Source: Styela clava | Taxonomy: Eukaryota | Assembly (NCBI RefSeq): GCF_964204865.1 | Contig: NC_135259.1 | Span: 3,596,001 to 3,660,000, forward strand | Direction: 5' to 3' | Length of the DNA: 64,000 nucleotides | Part shown: positions 26,301 through 40,400 of the stretch, one piece after another | Layout of the letters: each line of letters starts with the position of its first letter | How positions within the stretch are numbered: the stretch's first letter is position 1 | The notes under the pieces: model-generated | What the model was told of the DNA's origin: nothing | Databases searched by the model: none | Seen by the model: only the letters and a program-made list of their open reading frames with translations | Made by a program: the position numbers and the translations under genes

Positions 26301-27259
26301 ACGTCAAGAGCCAGATTGAGTCTTACAAATATTTTTGACTAAAGGCATTGGATTATTTTGTCGGAACGAATCCAGTAACACTTACAAAGTCATAACTTGA
26401 TTTGCCATTATTGTTTCTACAGTTGATTAAATTTTTTTATCATTCTATCACATTTTTTTACAGTGGCGTATTTTTTTGTTAAATTAATATTTACATATCA
26501 TTAAATCGTTACCTACCGTCTCGACCATTTCTGCTCTTCCATATCCGGCATTATTGATAAGAATATCAATTCCTCCAAACTTTTCTACGGATTTTTTGAC
26601 TAAACTTTCTAGATTTTCGAACTTTACTAAATCTGCAATAACTTCCAGAACCTGAAAAAATAACCAGTAGAACGTTGAAATTATGAATGCTCTCTGAATA
26701 AACAGAAAAAAAAGCAAATGTGTAGGGTTTATCTTCTATCTTTTTTGAGGCGTATTTCTTAGACCCTAACTGTTATTTACCTGAGCACCAGCGGCTCTGC
26801 ACTTTTTTGCTGTTTCCTGCAAACGTTCTTTGTTTCGCCCAGTAACAACAACGTTAGCACCTTCATTTGCAAATAATACTGCTGTTGCGGCCCCGATACC
26901 ACTGGAAGCGCCTTAAAAATATAAATCGTGATGACAATTGCGGTAAATCTCAGAGTACATTATTTTTTTGTATACCAGTCGTTGGTTTTCTTTTTCATGT
27001 AATTGGATAGCTGGAATGTGTCCAAAAAGATAAACAGAAAACTTCTGAGAAGAGAAATTTAAAGCCTCTCCACACTTAAGCTTAACACGTGTGTTAGTAT
27101 GTGTTTTGTTCATATCACTCCAAAGATTTAGCTTTCAAATTTCCAGTTTTTTGGCCAGTCAAATGATGAATTTCGACCATTATTCAACTCAGGTAATCAT
27201 CAAACATAATAAAAGTACTTACCAGTTACAATAACAACTTTCTTGTCAAATTTACCCAT
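23386..27259 (-). CDS. Classical SDR, copy 2, 8 exons
   Basis: Same exon structure as copy 1. Motifs TGASSGIG, INNAG, VSSCASLQATPQSVPYSMTK; ends ...PMDGGLLNSSSM*. No stops or frameshifts seen. Confidence 0.93.
24698..25771 (+). mobile_element. Internally deleted hAT (Buster/Charlie) element, 1074 bp, in an SDR copy 2 intron
   Basis: TIRs CAGTGGTTCCCAACC and GGTTGGGAACCCCTG. Perfect 8-bp TSD ATATAGAC at 24690-24697 and 25772-25779. Subterminal GTGGGAAAT repeats at both ends. Transposase remnants LQCVVCPKTISNGPMEPHQMKQH (BED-finger-like) and ASYAVVLRKARTNKSHI/GETL. Empty site in copy 1 at about 18775. Confidence 0.93.
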
Positions 27260-27309
27260 TTCCAAGCCTCTTCTGATTCCAACTTGCTTCAAAAAAATTG
27301 CTGTCAATT

Positions 27310-27362
27310 CACGTGGTGGATATATAACTTGGGTTTTTGTACCTGCAAAACTGCTGAGTCAT
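27310..27362 (-). promoter_or_regulatory. SDR copy 2 proximal promoter: consensus ARE/CNC-sMaf site, TATA-like box and E-box
   Basis: Minus strand ATGACTCAGCAGTTTT (core 27362-27352), about 25 nt upstream of TTATATAT (27327-27320). CACGTG at 27310-27315. Confidence 0.6.
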
Positions 27363-30300
27363 GTTCTTAAGTAAATACTCTGAAGTATTGATTCAATAAT
27401 CTGATATGCCGCATAGAATGGACAGTTTAAAAAGTCATTGTCCTTGATTTCACAAAACAGAAAAATGCAACCTCCATAATCAAACAAAGGTTTATGAATT
27501 TTCTAGAAGAAAATTGTGTATTTCTGTAGTTACTGTTGCTAGTGTTGCCTGTTTCAATATGTATCGGCACGTTGAAATTTGTGATTGATTAAAAAATAGC
27601 GAAAATGCAGCGTTGGATCTAATATTGCTTGCCATGAATTTAATATATATCGTTTTCTATAGCCTAAGTTGTTGTTATAATCAAATCAATAACACAGATT
27701 ATTTGATGATCATTAAGAAAATTTTCATTGAAATATGAATGAAAACGATCAAAATATTTTCGACAATCTATGTCGTTTATCAAATGAACACAAAGGATGT
27801 CATGCGAAAACCAAGAGTTTTTAAAATCTTCAAATTTCTCAATACATGATAACAGGCGTTGCTAATATTGACAGTTTTATACACACATATGCTACTTTTC
27901 TAATGCCCAGGCATGGGGTTTAATACATCGCAAATTCGTCGTCTGCACGAACGCGGAGGTAAATATTGAGTCATAGACTTTTTCGGCTCGAATTATTACA
28001 TAGTCATTGTTTGTTTGGGCATACTCTTCTCAATTCCCAAAATGGTTTAACTCCGACTGGGATTTTTTCTGAAAACTTTATCCATTTAAAATTGCAGCCC
28101 AAACTATTTTGTCTGAATAGAAAGATGATGCGATGAATAAAATATATTGCCACAGAAAAATAAAAACAAAATTAGCGAAATGAATGCATTGTTAGCATTA
28201 TTGTGATATAAAATTGAAATTTTCATTGAAAATGATGCTAACAAAATTGTATTTTTTCAGTTGCGAACTTTATTCCCGATATCTGGGTGGCAGATAATTA
28301 AAATAAGTTTACATTACAAACTGATAATATACTCTAATTTCTGATCAAGGCAATGATTTAGCAGTGACGACTTATTTTATCTAAATCTACTATTATCTGC
28401 ATCGTTAGCTTCAATCAGAAATAAAATGTGTTTAACATCGGCTCTGCGAAAATAAGGTATAGACAAACAGCCACTAGGGGGCATGAACTTGGAAAGTTGC
28501 TACGAGATCATTTTACTTGGTAGAATTGTTCATTGTTATAAAATTGAAAATTTCATGGAAGATTGCGAACGTTTTTTTAAACGACATAACTCTAATTTAT
28601 GACTTGGCACTGTACTGGACGATTTGGATGACTTTACAGAAAACTATATTGTTGTCGTCATTACAAGCCACGTCTATGTGTGCACACTATGACTCAAGCG
28701 AGTTTTACGTTCGTAGTTCTTATGGTAGCAATTGGGGCATAGCAAACAACTTTCTTAATATATTCACACAAGACATTACACAAAAAAAACCAAGGAGATG
28801 ACTTGGCAAAATCAGATCATAGCAAAATTAGGCATATTGACACTTCTGCCAAATAGTTTAAAGCGGGGCTTCTGGCATATATTTTTGGGAAAGTTAAACC
28901 TTCATAGAAATTAAAATTTCGATGTATTCAAAGATGTTCGTTAGGATCGAGCTGTAACCAAACAACGGAAAATCATAATTTCGCAAGATGGCGCTAAGAT
29001 TCCTCTCTAAAATGCTCGAAATTCAGTCTCAATTTGTTTATTTTTGACAGTGATCATTTTTGTGTAGAAAATTACTCGTAAAATTAATTAAAAGAATTTT
29101 TTCAACAGTGATCAAGAAATAAATGGAACTGACAGCTAAGATTACCTAGCAACAAACTAAATAACATATTTGAGATACATTGGTGATAGCACAACACCTA
29201 GTTAGCAAATCTGCAAACTTTTTTTTTTACAGATGACACAGCAGAAATTTTAACCATCAATCTCCTTTCCAATAGTATAATGATATGTCAGTTTAAAGGT
29301 AACCATAAAAGCTCGATCTTATCAAGTTGCCCTGTCTACAGACATACAGAAACTTGGGTATTTTTTTTATGTGAATATAATTATTCATGTGTGTCCATGA
29401 GTGTTTGTTCAAGGAGTTGTTACACTCACGATAAAATAGGAAAGTTTGTAGACAATCACCCCAGAATAAACCCTATAACATGAATTGTATGTGTATTCCT
29501 AATGCCTTATCTCAAGCAAACGCCTTTTTTCAGTTATTCCTCGGAAAAACAAATAAAATAAACGAGGAAGATATCAATCAACAGTGGGTACAGTATATAT
29601 TCAAATATTAAACATACGTTTATGAATCAATAAACTTAGAAAAACAGTTTCAAGATATGATGTCTAAGTATTAAATTAATGAAAAATCTGATTAATTGCA
29701 ACTAAACGACCTGCTTTTTTATGTGAATGATTTTTTGAGTATGATTTTACTGTTGTTGAAACTCCGGTGAACGGCCGAAAACACAAAATGCCTTTTGAAA
29801 TCACTCCCGTCTATTAAATTTAGGATTCTATAGATTTACTATTGATTTAGTTAGTTTGCATCACAATGAAACGATCCTACGATCTTTGTGCTACCAATAA
29901 AGATTTTTGATGTTTTAAATCTTTCCACCGAGAAAATAAATGACTGATGTAAACTGCTTCCCTTTGTCGGAACACGACAAATATTTAACCACGCATTCAA
30001 CTGCTGGAACAATTTATGAGACTGAAAAAGCAAACAAATGCACATGACGGTAATGGTTGCCATCAAAATTCGTCTAAAAATGTACGTAAAGTTAGTAAAA
30101 ATGCTCAGTATTTTTCACCATTTGGTATTGGGATTGTAGAGTTCCCAGGCATGTACCATTGGTACATCCAAATAAAACTGCATGTTCAATCAACTGTATG
30201 TTTAAAGTAGACACACTAAAAAGAGTTGTGGAATTTTAGTAATTTTTCAACTTTTTTCAAATTATGTCGTTACTGTATATTTGTCATAAATTTTTGGACT

Positions 30301-31407
30301 CATTGACATTTTAATCAGGATTTTATCAAATGAGTCTTGTTCTTCATCATGTCAGTAAACACGCATTGTTTATAGACAGGATAGCCAAGGGTTTATGTCA
30401 ACCCCGTGTCAAAGCGCAAAGAGATTTCATGTTGCGAGGTACAAAAATATAGTCATGGTTCTAACTTCATAACTAAATTTAGTTTGCAAGATTGCTAAAA
30501 GCTTATATGAAGACAATGATATTTATAAATAATTATAGCTGATTTCATTTATCATATTAGCCAATTCTTAATAATTTATAATTTGGTATGTTAAGAGTAC
30601 AAAGCGTGTTATACTAGGTTTCCGCGATGTTGCACTGGCTCTCCGCATTACTGAAAAAACAGAATAACACATTAAAAAGGTTTAAATTAAGGCAGGCAGG
30701 GCATACACCGGGACAGATTGTCATTTCAACGTGACAAAACTATTTTTTCTAACATTATTTTACATTCTATTCGAACAAAGTTTAATAATAGCTATATAGC
30801 CTGGACAAAGGAGACCTCTTCAATGCATCTTTCTCCATCAAAAATATTTGCACAAAAAATATTGAAGAAATACAAACGTTATATATAAAACAAAACTGCA
30901 TTTGAGTCGAGTGTCATAGTGTATAATAGTTATTATTTGAGGTATTGTATCTGTATTGGATTATTGCAGAAATATGGCTAAAATGTTTGACCGAGCGATC
31001 GGAACAGTGTATGCCAACGCGGTTCCAGATCATTGGGTACAATGTTACACTGTGCAGATGTTTTGGAAAAAACTTGTCATAATATTCGGAGCGATTTGTT
31101 TCAATTATTGCTAGTGAGTGTTTATAGCCTAAACACAGACCGAAAAACATTCTAGCGAGAATGAAGATATAAATTATCAATACGATATTGAAAATTTAAA
31201 AACAGTCTTTTCTATCATCATCGCGTGATAATATTTTAATGTGCGCGATTAGACATCAGAGGTATTGTACTAAACTGCATGAATATTGTATAAAAATGAC
31301 ACTATAAATTATTTCTCCTTTGCGTACTTCTGGTCAGAACACCAAGATTCTCGATTAATATTTATTTTTGTACAGTTTTTATAAATATAGCCAATAACTT
31401 GATAACC

Positions 31408-34400
31408 ATGGGAGGAACGTATGACACCATGGGATCAGGTAATATGCCCAAAAATGGATTTTTCCTATCAAAAACTGCTGTTATATTGGGTTCAATTGTT
31501 GTCGTTGCATTGTTTGTTGTTGAAGGTACGTGACAAATTACTTTTATTTATTAAAGTGAGTATAACGTAAGATATCTCATTCGTCTACATTTTAGGGTCA
31601 AGAATGCACCGCAGCGAATAAAATTTTATATTAATTTTTTCAAATTGTCGTAATACATTGTTGGCCTGTTAGCTGCGGATTGTGCAGCAAACATTTTGCT
31701 GTACAATATATGGTCATATATATACGATGTTACACCTGATTACATTCCATTGTGTTTGCCGAATTCGCTTAAAATATAAACGCAAATAATTGAATGCAGG
31801 ATTACAGGCACCGCGAAAAAAATATGAGTATCCCGAAGACTACAATATTTGGTTAAAACCGCTTGCATAAGCAATTATGGAAAATAACTTATTGAGTGAT
31901 ATCCAAGTGCATCAATACTTTTACACTGAGCCATTTGCCTTTGCAAATTGACATTGTTAGCTACAGTGCTACACCACAAGTCAACCCACGGTTAAATCAA
32001 AAACTGATGTTGTCAGTTTAATTTGATGTTAAAAGTGATTTTGTTAAAATTATTCTATTTTTTAAATATACCTATTCAAAAAGGTGTCTCCTTCCAACAT
32101 GGCTGCTCTGTTAATATTTTTGGCAATCGAGAACAATAATGAATAATGTTAAACAGACGTGAATTGTAACGCTTCCAAAAATTTAGTTACCAAATAGATA
32201 AATCCGTATAGCTATTTGAAACAAATTGAATCCATAATCTTCATTATCTGGAAATAGGCATTTGCATATATATAAAATATATTTATGCTAGCGCCCAGGG
32301 GTCGGCAACCTTTTGTCGCTCGCGGGCCAAAATTAATGATTGCAAGTCATTGGCCGGTCGCACATATTTTTACAAAGTTTATAACCGAGTAGATGATACT
32401 TTTTATAATAAAAACAAGCAGTGATACATCTTTCGAATAGAATATAGATTTATTTCCTCATTGCATTGCATCTCAACAAATCCCATTTGAATATTTTCGG
32501 CGCCATTGAACCTTTTCTGCGTTTTGTTGCCATTTTTCTAATTATAATTAAGTTATGGGCTCATTAAACGAGTAATTGTGAGTTTTATACTTGTTACATT
32601 ATAATATAATTTAGTCTACACGTGTTTCACAATAAATCCTGTTACGTAAAAAATATAATCGTCGAAAGAAGTGTTTTGTTACTACAATTCAGTGGATTGT
32701 CGCGGGCCTGATTATATGACCCCGCGGGCCGTAGGTTGCCGACCCCTGTGATAGGCCAACCCGTTTTGCAAAATTTATGTACGAGGAACGGTAGAAATTG
32801 CTATATTTATATCTATACACTGCGTCTGAACGCAACCGTTTTTTTAATTTTCTTGAGTGCGTGGCTCGGATTAAATTTTTAATGTTTTTTCCAGGTCTTC
32901 TTATTGGACTTGTTGGTAGACCTGTGTGTGAACCGTACGCCCCGCTGCCAGAGTCTACTAAGGCGCCACAAAGCAGTTCAACAACTGCCGGTACTTCTAC
33001 GACCACAACAGATGCTACAGAAACGGTATGTGAATGATATTTGCAAATATACTACGGTCAGTGGAATAGGCACAGTTTCAAAAATCCTCAAGATAGGTGA
33101 GGACTCGAACAAAAATATTTTTGTAAAAAATGATTTTATATAAATTCACATTAAAGCTATAAAAGTGTTTGACCCCATATTGGATTTTTTATTACAATGA
33201 CTGACACCCCACGCGGGCGTTTTGGTCTTTTCGTTTTATTATATAGCAAAATAAAATTTGAAAAGATGTTTAGGAATAGGTCTTTTTCAAACAATGAATG
33301 AATAATTAATTTTTGAGTTTCAACATATCTTAACTGTTTGTCCATTAAAATAAAATTTTAACTATGTACCCCCTTGAAAAGTCTCGTGATTTATTTATTG
33401 CATCATGATACGTATAGCATCTGTTATATTTTCATACATTACATATACGCTTTGCACGACCATGTGCGGTAAAAATTATGAGTATAAAAGTGTTTGCTTT
33501 AATTCACATTAATGGGATATAACTACATTGTTCGAACAAATTTGTCGACCTGTTGAGCCCATGTGGAATGTAACGGAATCATTTTGTCGAAAGCATTTGT
33601 AAATTGATTTGTAAAGATTGGATTGTGATCAAATGAAACAAAATCGAATGGCATTCCTTTGCGAAATACTTCGAACACATTTTGATGACGGTTTGATTAC
33701 ATAATGTTAGCACACTTAAAGTAATAGAAATGTTTATAAAATGGTATTTAGTTGAAACCTGAAAGCCAGATTGGATAAAAGACAACTTCAATGATAAAAA
33801 ATATAAAACCACAGTCCATACGATTTACTTTAGATTGAAATTTTCTGTTGTTTTAGATTGTTTTAATTCACATAAAAATATTGTTAAACTGCTTTAATGA
33901 CCTATTTTCACGTGGGAATTATTGTCGATTGTATTGGTACCTGGTGATGAAATAATAGATGTTGCATCGATCCTTGCAAATGCAATTTCTAGTATTATTC
34001 TATATATAAATATTGAAGAAGAATCCAACTTAATATTCGATAAATTATATTATAATGAATGCATATTGTTCAATTAAATAAACAGACTATAATGACTTCA
34101 ATTACAGTTAAATGCCAAAAAGTTTTGATGATGTTCTGGTGAAATCGCAACTAAACATATTTTGTTTGAATAGGGTCCTTGGACAAACATACGTTTGCCA
34201 AACAACCTAATACCGGATGATTATGAGGTAGAATTGAGACCGGTATTAGAAGCAGATACGGCTGGAAAGTACTGGTTTTATGGGACAAGCTCAGTGTGGT
34301 ATAGATGTGTCGAACCTACAAATCATATTATTATTCATTCAAAGTGAGTTATTTGTATTTTAAGTGCTGCATCGTGGTATGTGATTTAAAATCATATTTT

Positions 34401-37400
34401 TTTTTAAAAACAAAGTACATTTTTGTTCCAAATATTATCTGAAACCTCGAATTTCAAAAGAACAGTCCAACGATCCAACTTGTGTAGCAATGGTAATAGA
34501 CAATCGTTCAGCCTCTGCTACCTAGTTTCAACAAAAATTTTCACTTAAAATGTTGATATATATATTGGATTGGAAAATAGTTTCGAATTATTTGAAATAT
34601 CACTCTGAAACTGAATTTTATGGTGATTATAATTAGAAATATTTTTCTTACGTAGCAAATTGGATTATGCGACGGAGAACCTAGTCTTGGAGAAAGATGG
34701 CACCATAGTCAACATAAAGAGTTCGATGTTTTACGTACCTAATCAGTATTTAGTAGTCGAAACCGAAGATCCATGCATAAAAGATGGTTATTACAAATTA
34801 ACTGTGAAAGATTTTGTTGGAGAATTAACTGATGACTTAGCGGGACTCTACAGGAGCGAATACGTTAACAGCGCTGGAGACAATGTGTGAGTTTGCAATG
34901 TTGTCGCTGCTAAGATAACAATCAAGATATCCCAAACAGTACCGTTCATGCAAAATAAATTTTTCATTGCAATAGAATCTATTCTATAACAACATATTAC
35001 TGCGCTCATGTTCAAGAAAACATAAACGTATTACTGAAACGAAAATTTGATGATTCAAATCAAAATCTGATACATATTTTGCTTTTTGCAAGTCAACGTT
35101 TAATTCCAGTACTGTACTAAAAATCAATACAATAACCGTTTTATGTCGCATCTTGTGATCAGGTTGGGTCATCGAATACAAGAAAATATTGTACCTGTAT
35201 GGTAGCAATTTCTGCGTAACGTAATTTTGTATATTGTATCTCATTGTATATTCATTATGGATTTTTATCATGTTCGTGCTTCCTAACCTATATATGGAAT
35301 ATCGAATATATTCTTTATTCACGATTGAAAATAGTGATAACGGCCTACTACCAACCTTAATTTTATTAAATCAATAACAGTGTTTATTCAAATGAAAACC
35401 TTGGCAAATTAATTAAAATTATTTAATTGAGGTGTTTGTCAACAAATTTTGTGATTTAGTGTCATAGCCACAACTCAAATGCAAGCTACAGATGCACGGA
35501 AAACTTTCCCATGTTTTGATGAACCAGCCCTCAAAGCCAACTTTACTATCACACTATGGGTAAAAGACGGGACGTCCTACTTTCCTCTTTGCAATATGCC
35601 TAAAGCAGGCACAAAGGTTAGTATTTTATCATTTTAAAAATAGGCTGTATCGTTATAAACGTGTTTGGGATTGCAGCACAACACAGAAAAGGAAAGGTTC
35701 ATTCTTGCAATTACTTATCTTACACTCTTATCTTACTATTATATTCTTTTCTTTAGACGGACACGTTTGACGGTGAATCATGGACGGGCACTGTTTTTCA
35801 AGAAAGCGTTCCAATGAGCACTTACTTACTGGCCATGGTAATCAGTGATTTTGGTGTGGCTGAGAATACAACAAGTGACGGTACAGTCCAGGTACGACAC
35901 AGTTTTCTGATGTAAACCATTATCAAAAACAGTGATATGTGTGTCAAAATATTTTGCACTGCAAAGTGTAAGATAAGTTTATTAATTTTGTGGCATTCAT
36001 TTATTTTTATTTTTTGAAAACTGGGTTATATCTAGTATATGAGATACGGAACAGCATAAAATTCCTATTAGTGATAAAAGGTCGATTATAGGTCTAAAAC
36101 ATTTGTCGAAAATCAGGTTATTTTACTTGTTCGCGATTGATGGAGTCAATCAATGACACATTAAGAATGGAGAATAGGTATGGAATTTCATGGTTATGTT
36201 GACCAGCTGTTATGTTAACGAAATGAATAATGACTAAGAAACTCAGCATGCTCACAATCAATCAAAATAATTAAACCAGATATGATCTTCAATTGAATTA
36301 ACATTTTTTAACAGACAAATATATACGGGCGTAAAGAGTTGATGGCAAATGGCGACGCAGCATATGCGGCTCTTGTAACCCCTGCCATTCTGGATTATTT
36401 TGCTGACTATTTCAAGATACCATATCCCCTTCCCAAGTCGGGTAATATATTAAATTTTATACGGCGTACCTTTCTACACAAAGCGCTTCCGTTAATTAGA
36501 ATTTTCAGGTGCCAGACACTCAAAATTTTAAAAAATTTAAATTTAAAGATTTAAAAAAAAACGAAAAATTTAAGATGTTTAGGTAATTTCAATAATTTTT
36601 CCTTTTTATCTTTTGAAATCAATTCAGACTCCGGTGCTTCTATTCATGATATAATTAAGAATCTCAATGAGTGAATTTCATGAAACGTGCATACTGATAC
36701 AACTCTTTCTTAACTTAGATCAAGTTGGTGTTCCGGATTTCGGTGCTGGTGCAATGGAAAACTGGGGTTTGATCATCTATCGAGAGCCTTATATTCTTTA
36801 CAATTCAAGCACAACTGCATTCAACTACAAAATTACTGTAACAAGCATCGTTGCTCATGAACTTGCGCACATGGTTAGCTCATTTATTTTTTCATTAAAG
36901 GCACGATTTTAAAATTGAATAGGCGTTATTGCACAAACAAAAATATAAATTTAGGAAAAATAAAATGTTCAGGTATATGAAAGTGAATGAGACTTGAGAA
37001 ATGAGAAGTATGAATCTACTAGAAATGTATTATTAAAAAAAAATTTAGTCTGAGTTTCCCTCTGTGAGACGTATTTCATTTTTCATCTTAGAAGTGCAAG
37101 CATTGATCGGTACACTATTATATATAAAAATTTTCTTTAGTGAGATTAATTTAGTTTACTTCTTTAAATTTAATCTTTCTTAAAAAAAAATTGCAAACCA
37201 GCAACTGTATATTTTGTTAAAAACTACAGTACTTTTAGCAAAAAGCATCAAAACGAAAAAAAAACATCATTGTCTTGAAAATTAACATTCAATAATACAA
37301 TTATTTCAGTGGTTTGGGAATCTTGTCAGTCCTGCTTGGTGGGATGACTTATGGTTGAATGAAGGATTTGCAACTTATCTTTCTTATCTTGGTGAAGCAG

Positions 37401-40400
37401 CCGTGCAACCTACCTGGAAATCGGTAACATATATCTATCTGATTCCTTTGGGCACAAATATAGCAGTATAACAATATCTTGTTAACGATATTCAAAACCA
37501 AGCATTCCTAAAACATTGCAACATTAATATACTTAATATTATCTCAATACCATTGTTGTCTGGTGTAACAAAGACATCACCATTAGTAAACAATAATATT
37601 TAAATCATGTTCTAATATTTCACATAAGTTACATTATTTCGTCATATTTTGATATGAAAATTGCTTTGTGTATCAACTCACCCAGTTGTTTCATTAGAGT
37701 TTAATTTATTCAACCTAGTCCGAATTTTATCGTCTTCTTTTGGATGTCTCGCTATTCCCATTTCCAAATAACATTTCTACGTGGACAATATGCTGTTACA
37801 GAAAGAACGATTCATAACTGATGATTTACAAGGAGCTTTAAGTGTGGATGAACTCACGACATCTCGTCCACTTGTAACTGAAGTAAACACACCTGCCCAA
37901 ATTTCTGCTCAATTTGATACAATAAGCTACAACAAAGTAAATATCATTAATTTTACTTGTTTTTTTTTCTGAGTCACATCACCTGTCAAAAATTTATTAA
38001 ATATAGATAATGTTTCAGAGTCGCATTTCAAGAGAAACCCAAAATCATTAAATTTAACTTTCTTATATATTACATTTACGTACGATTTTTACACAATTTC
38101 TGAACAACTGAAGATGACATTTCATATGGACTGTTGCCATGCACTATCTTAATACTAACTGATTGCAACACAAATAACCAAATATTTATACATTATTTAG
38201 GGAGCAAGTATTATTCGTATGATCAACAGTTTCCTGGGAGAAGAAAATTTTGTTAATGGCTTAAGCGTAAGTTTATTTTGCTTCAATATTGATTTACATT
38301 CGTTTAAGTATCATTTATAAAGTTGACGCAACATATTTACACACAGGTTGTAACATTCCTAATTAAAGTTCACCAACGTAATAAGATGCGATAGTTAACG
38401 CTATTCTAAATATTTGCAGGAATATCTTAAAGCTTTGTCATATGATGTTGCAACTCATGGTGATTTGTTTTCCTACTGGGCAAAGGTATGTTAAAATTTT
38501 CTATACGTATATTCTAAAAATAGAAGCGCCTTAATTACCATGGAATAGTTTTACTAAAAAAGATATTGCTTAATATATTCGAGCACCAAAACAAGGCGCC
38601 ATCCGGCATAACAGTATCAAGCCAAGTCTCTCTTGAAAGCTATTTTATTATTACTGAATATTCGATTATTATTAAAAGATATGACTACAAGTTACCAAAG
38701 AGAAATTTTCTATCGCGTTAATTTTGTAGCATACTGATGGCATGTCCACGCGATTGCCAACTGATCTAGAGACTATTTTGGAAACGTGGACTCTTCAAAT
38801 GGGATATCCAGTTATCAACATACAAGATCTTGATCCGTTATCCAACATGTTCACGCTGTCACAAGAATATTTCTTAATTGACCGTTATGCGGAACCAGTT
38901 CACACTGAAGGGAGTAAAAAATATAAGTATGTGCTTGACAACATTGCTGTTATTGTTTAGGTTTACATGTTATAAGTTACCATTATCATCTATGTTCGAG
39001 AACAGATTCCACTTGTCCACAATTAAAATGTTCGGTATTGATGTAGAAATTCGTACTGAGAAAGTTAACATTTATTTTGAATCAACAAATAAAGCGACAT
39101 CTTCATACATGATAATATGTTCTCATGAACCTAAATATTCAATTCTTCTAATAGATACTAGTTCCATTGTGCTTTGTTATTATTTCAGCTACAAATGGTA
39201 TGTGCCGTTCACTTACATAAAAGGAAGCAATCTTGCCGCTGGAATTGTAGAAACTGTTTGGATTGGACTTGATGATACTGGTATGATTAATATCATGACC
39301 TGACAACAATTTTGTGAATATTCGTACCTGATAAATATTTTTGACACCCATGTATTAAAATGGTCATTCAATACGATAACTAGTTTAATTTAATTTTATG
39401 AACTAGTTTTGTAAATCCATGCATACTAATAGTTTACAATTTGTATAAACTAGACTATACAATTTGTTATTAGTTTTTTTTATCTAACAACTGGAACTGT
39501 CTTGACGAATTTATAGCGTGAACCATTTGTTGAATGGAATAATTTGTTCTAGATTAAAATTGCAACGCGGTGGAGCGAGTTTGTACGGTATACTTAACTA
39601 CTTAGCTATCGGAATTTAATTTGAAATTATTTATTAAAAAAAAATGGAGCCGTGAATAAACGAAAAAAAAAACGAATATATTCGATATTGTAATGAATGC
39701 AAAATTATACTTGGTAATATTTCAGTGACAATCAGTGATTCGGATTTCATACTTGGAAACATTAGAGGTGAAGGTTATTACAGAGTGAACTACGATGGAG
39801 ACACCTGGGGTAAACTAGCTGCAAAACTGGATTCTACTGATTATCAGGTATGGTATATGCAGTAATATTTAGGACATCATCATAGGCTTACTCGATTGAA
39901 GTTTGCATCTTGTTCATTAGTGTTGAAAACGCAATATAATGTAAATATGCTTTACACGGAAATTATAATCGCGAAAAAAATAGAACTCTTGAGATGATTT
40001 TATTATATGACATTGGTAAAGAAAGCTTTGAAATTAGATATGTTCTTGATAACGCAACTCTGTTAGACGTTAAATATCAAGGCCTTGATTACTTTGTTCA
40101 TTTTTAAAGTGAGTGACGTACCATTTAATTTCAAATGGTATCCAAACTATTCATAACAATCCATATAAAACAAATTCGATATCGCAAAATGACGTGTCCA
40201 ATTTGTTCTACACCAACCTTAGAAATGCCCCACCTATCCCACTTGTCCCGCTTTTCCACTGTCCTGAGCCAGGGTAGATATATATTGAGAGGCAAATGGT
40301 TTGAATAAGAATATAAAATTGAATTCACAATATGCTTTGGGCTAGGATAGATGCAATACTTTGATCAGAAAGTTGGAGTAAATATATGCAGTGTGATTCA

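Larger units (their letters stand above)
16157..27950. repeat. Tandem segmental duplication carrying the SDR gene: copy 1 about 16157-20920, copy 2 about 21702-27950
   Basis: Flanks, introns and promoter are colinear. Examples: TCGATTCGATC...CTCATTT(T)GACCTCTGAAGGAGTTCAGT at about 16157/21702, and CATCGCAAAT..GTCGTCTG at about 20881/27925. Confidence 0.92.

Noticed and set aside
28000-31300. Short ORFs in the SDR-APN intergenic region
   Set aside because: AT-rich, with no motifs and no consistent exon chain on either strand.
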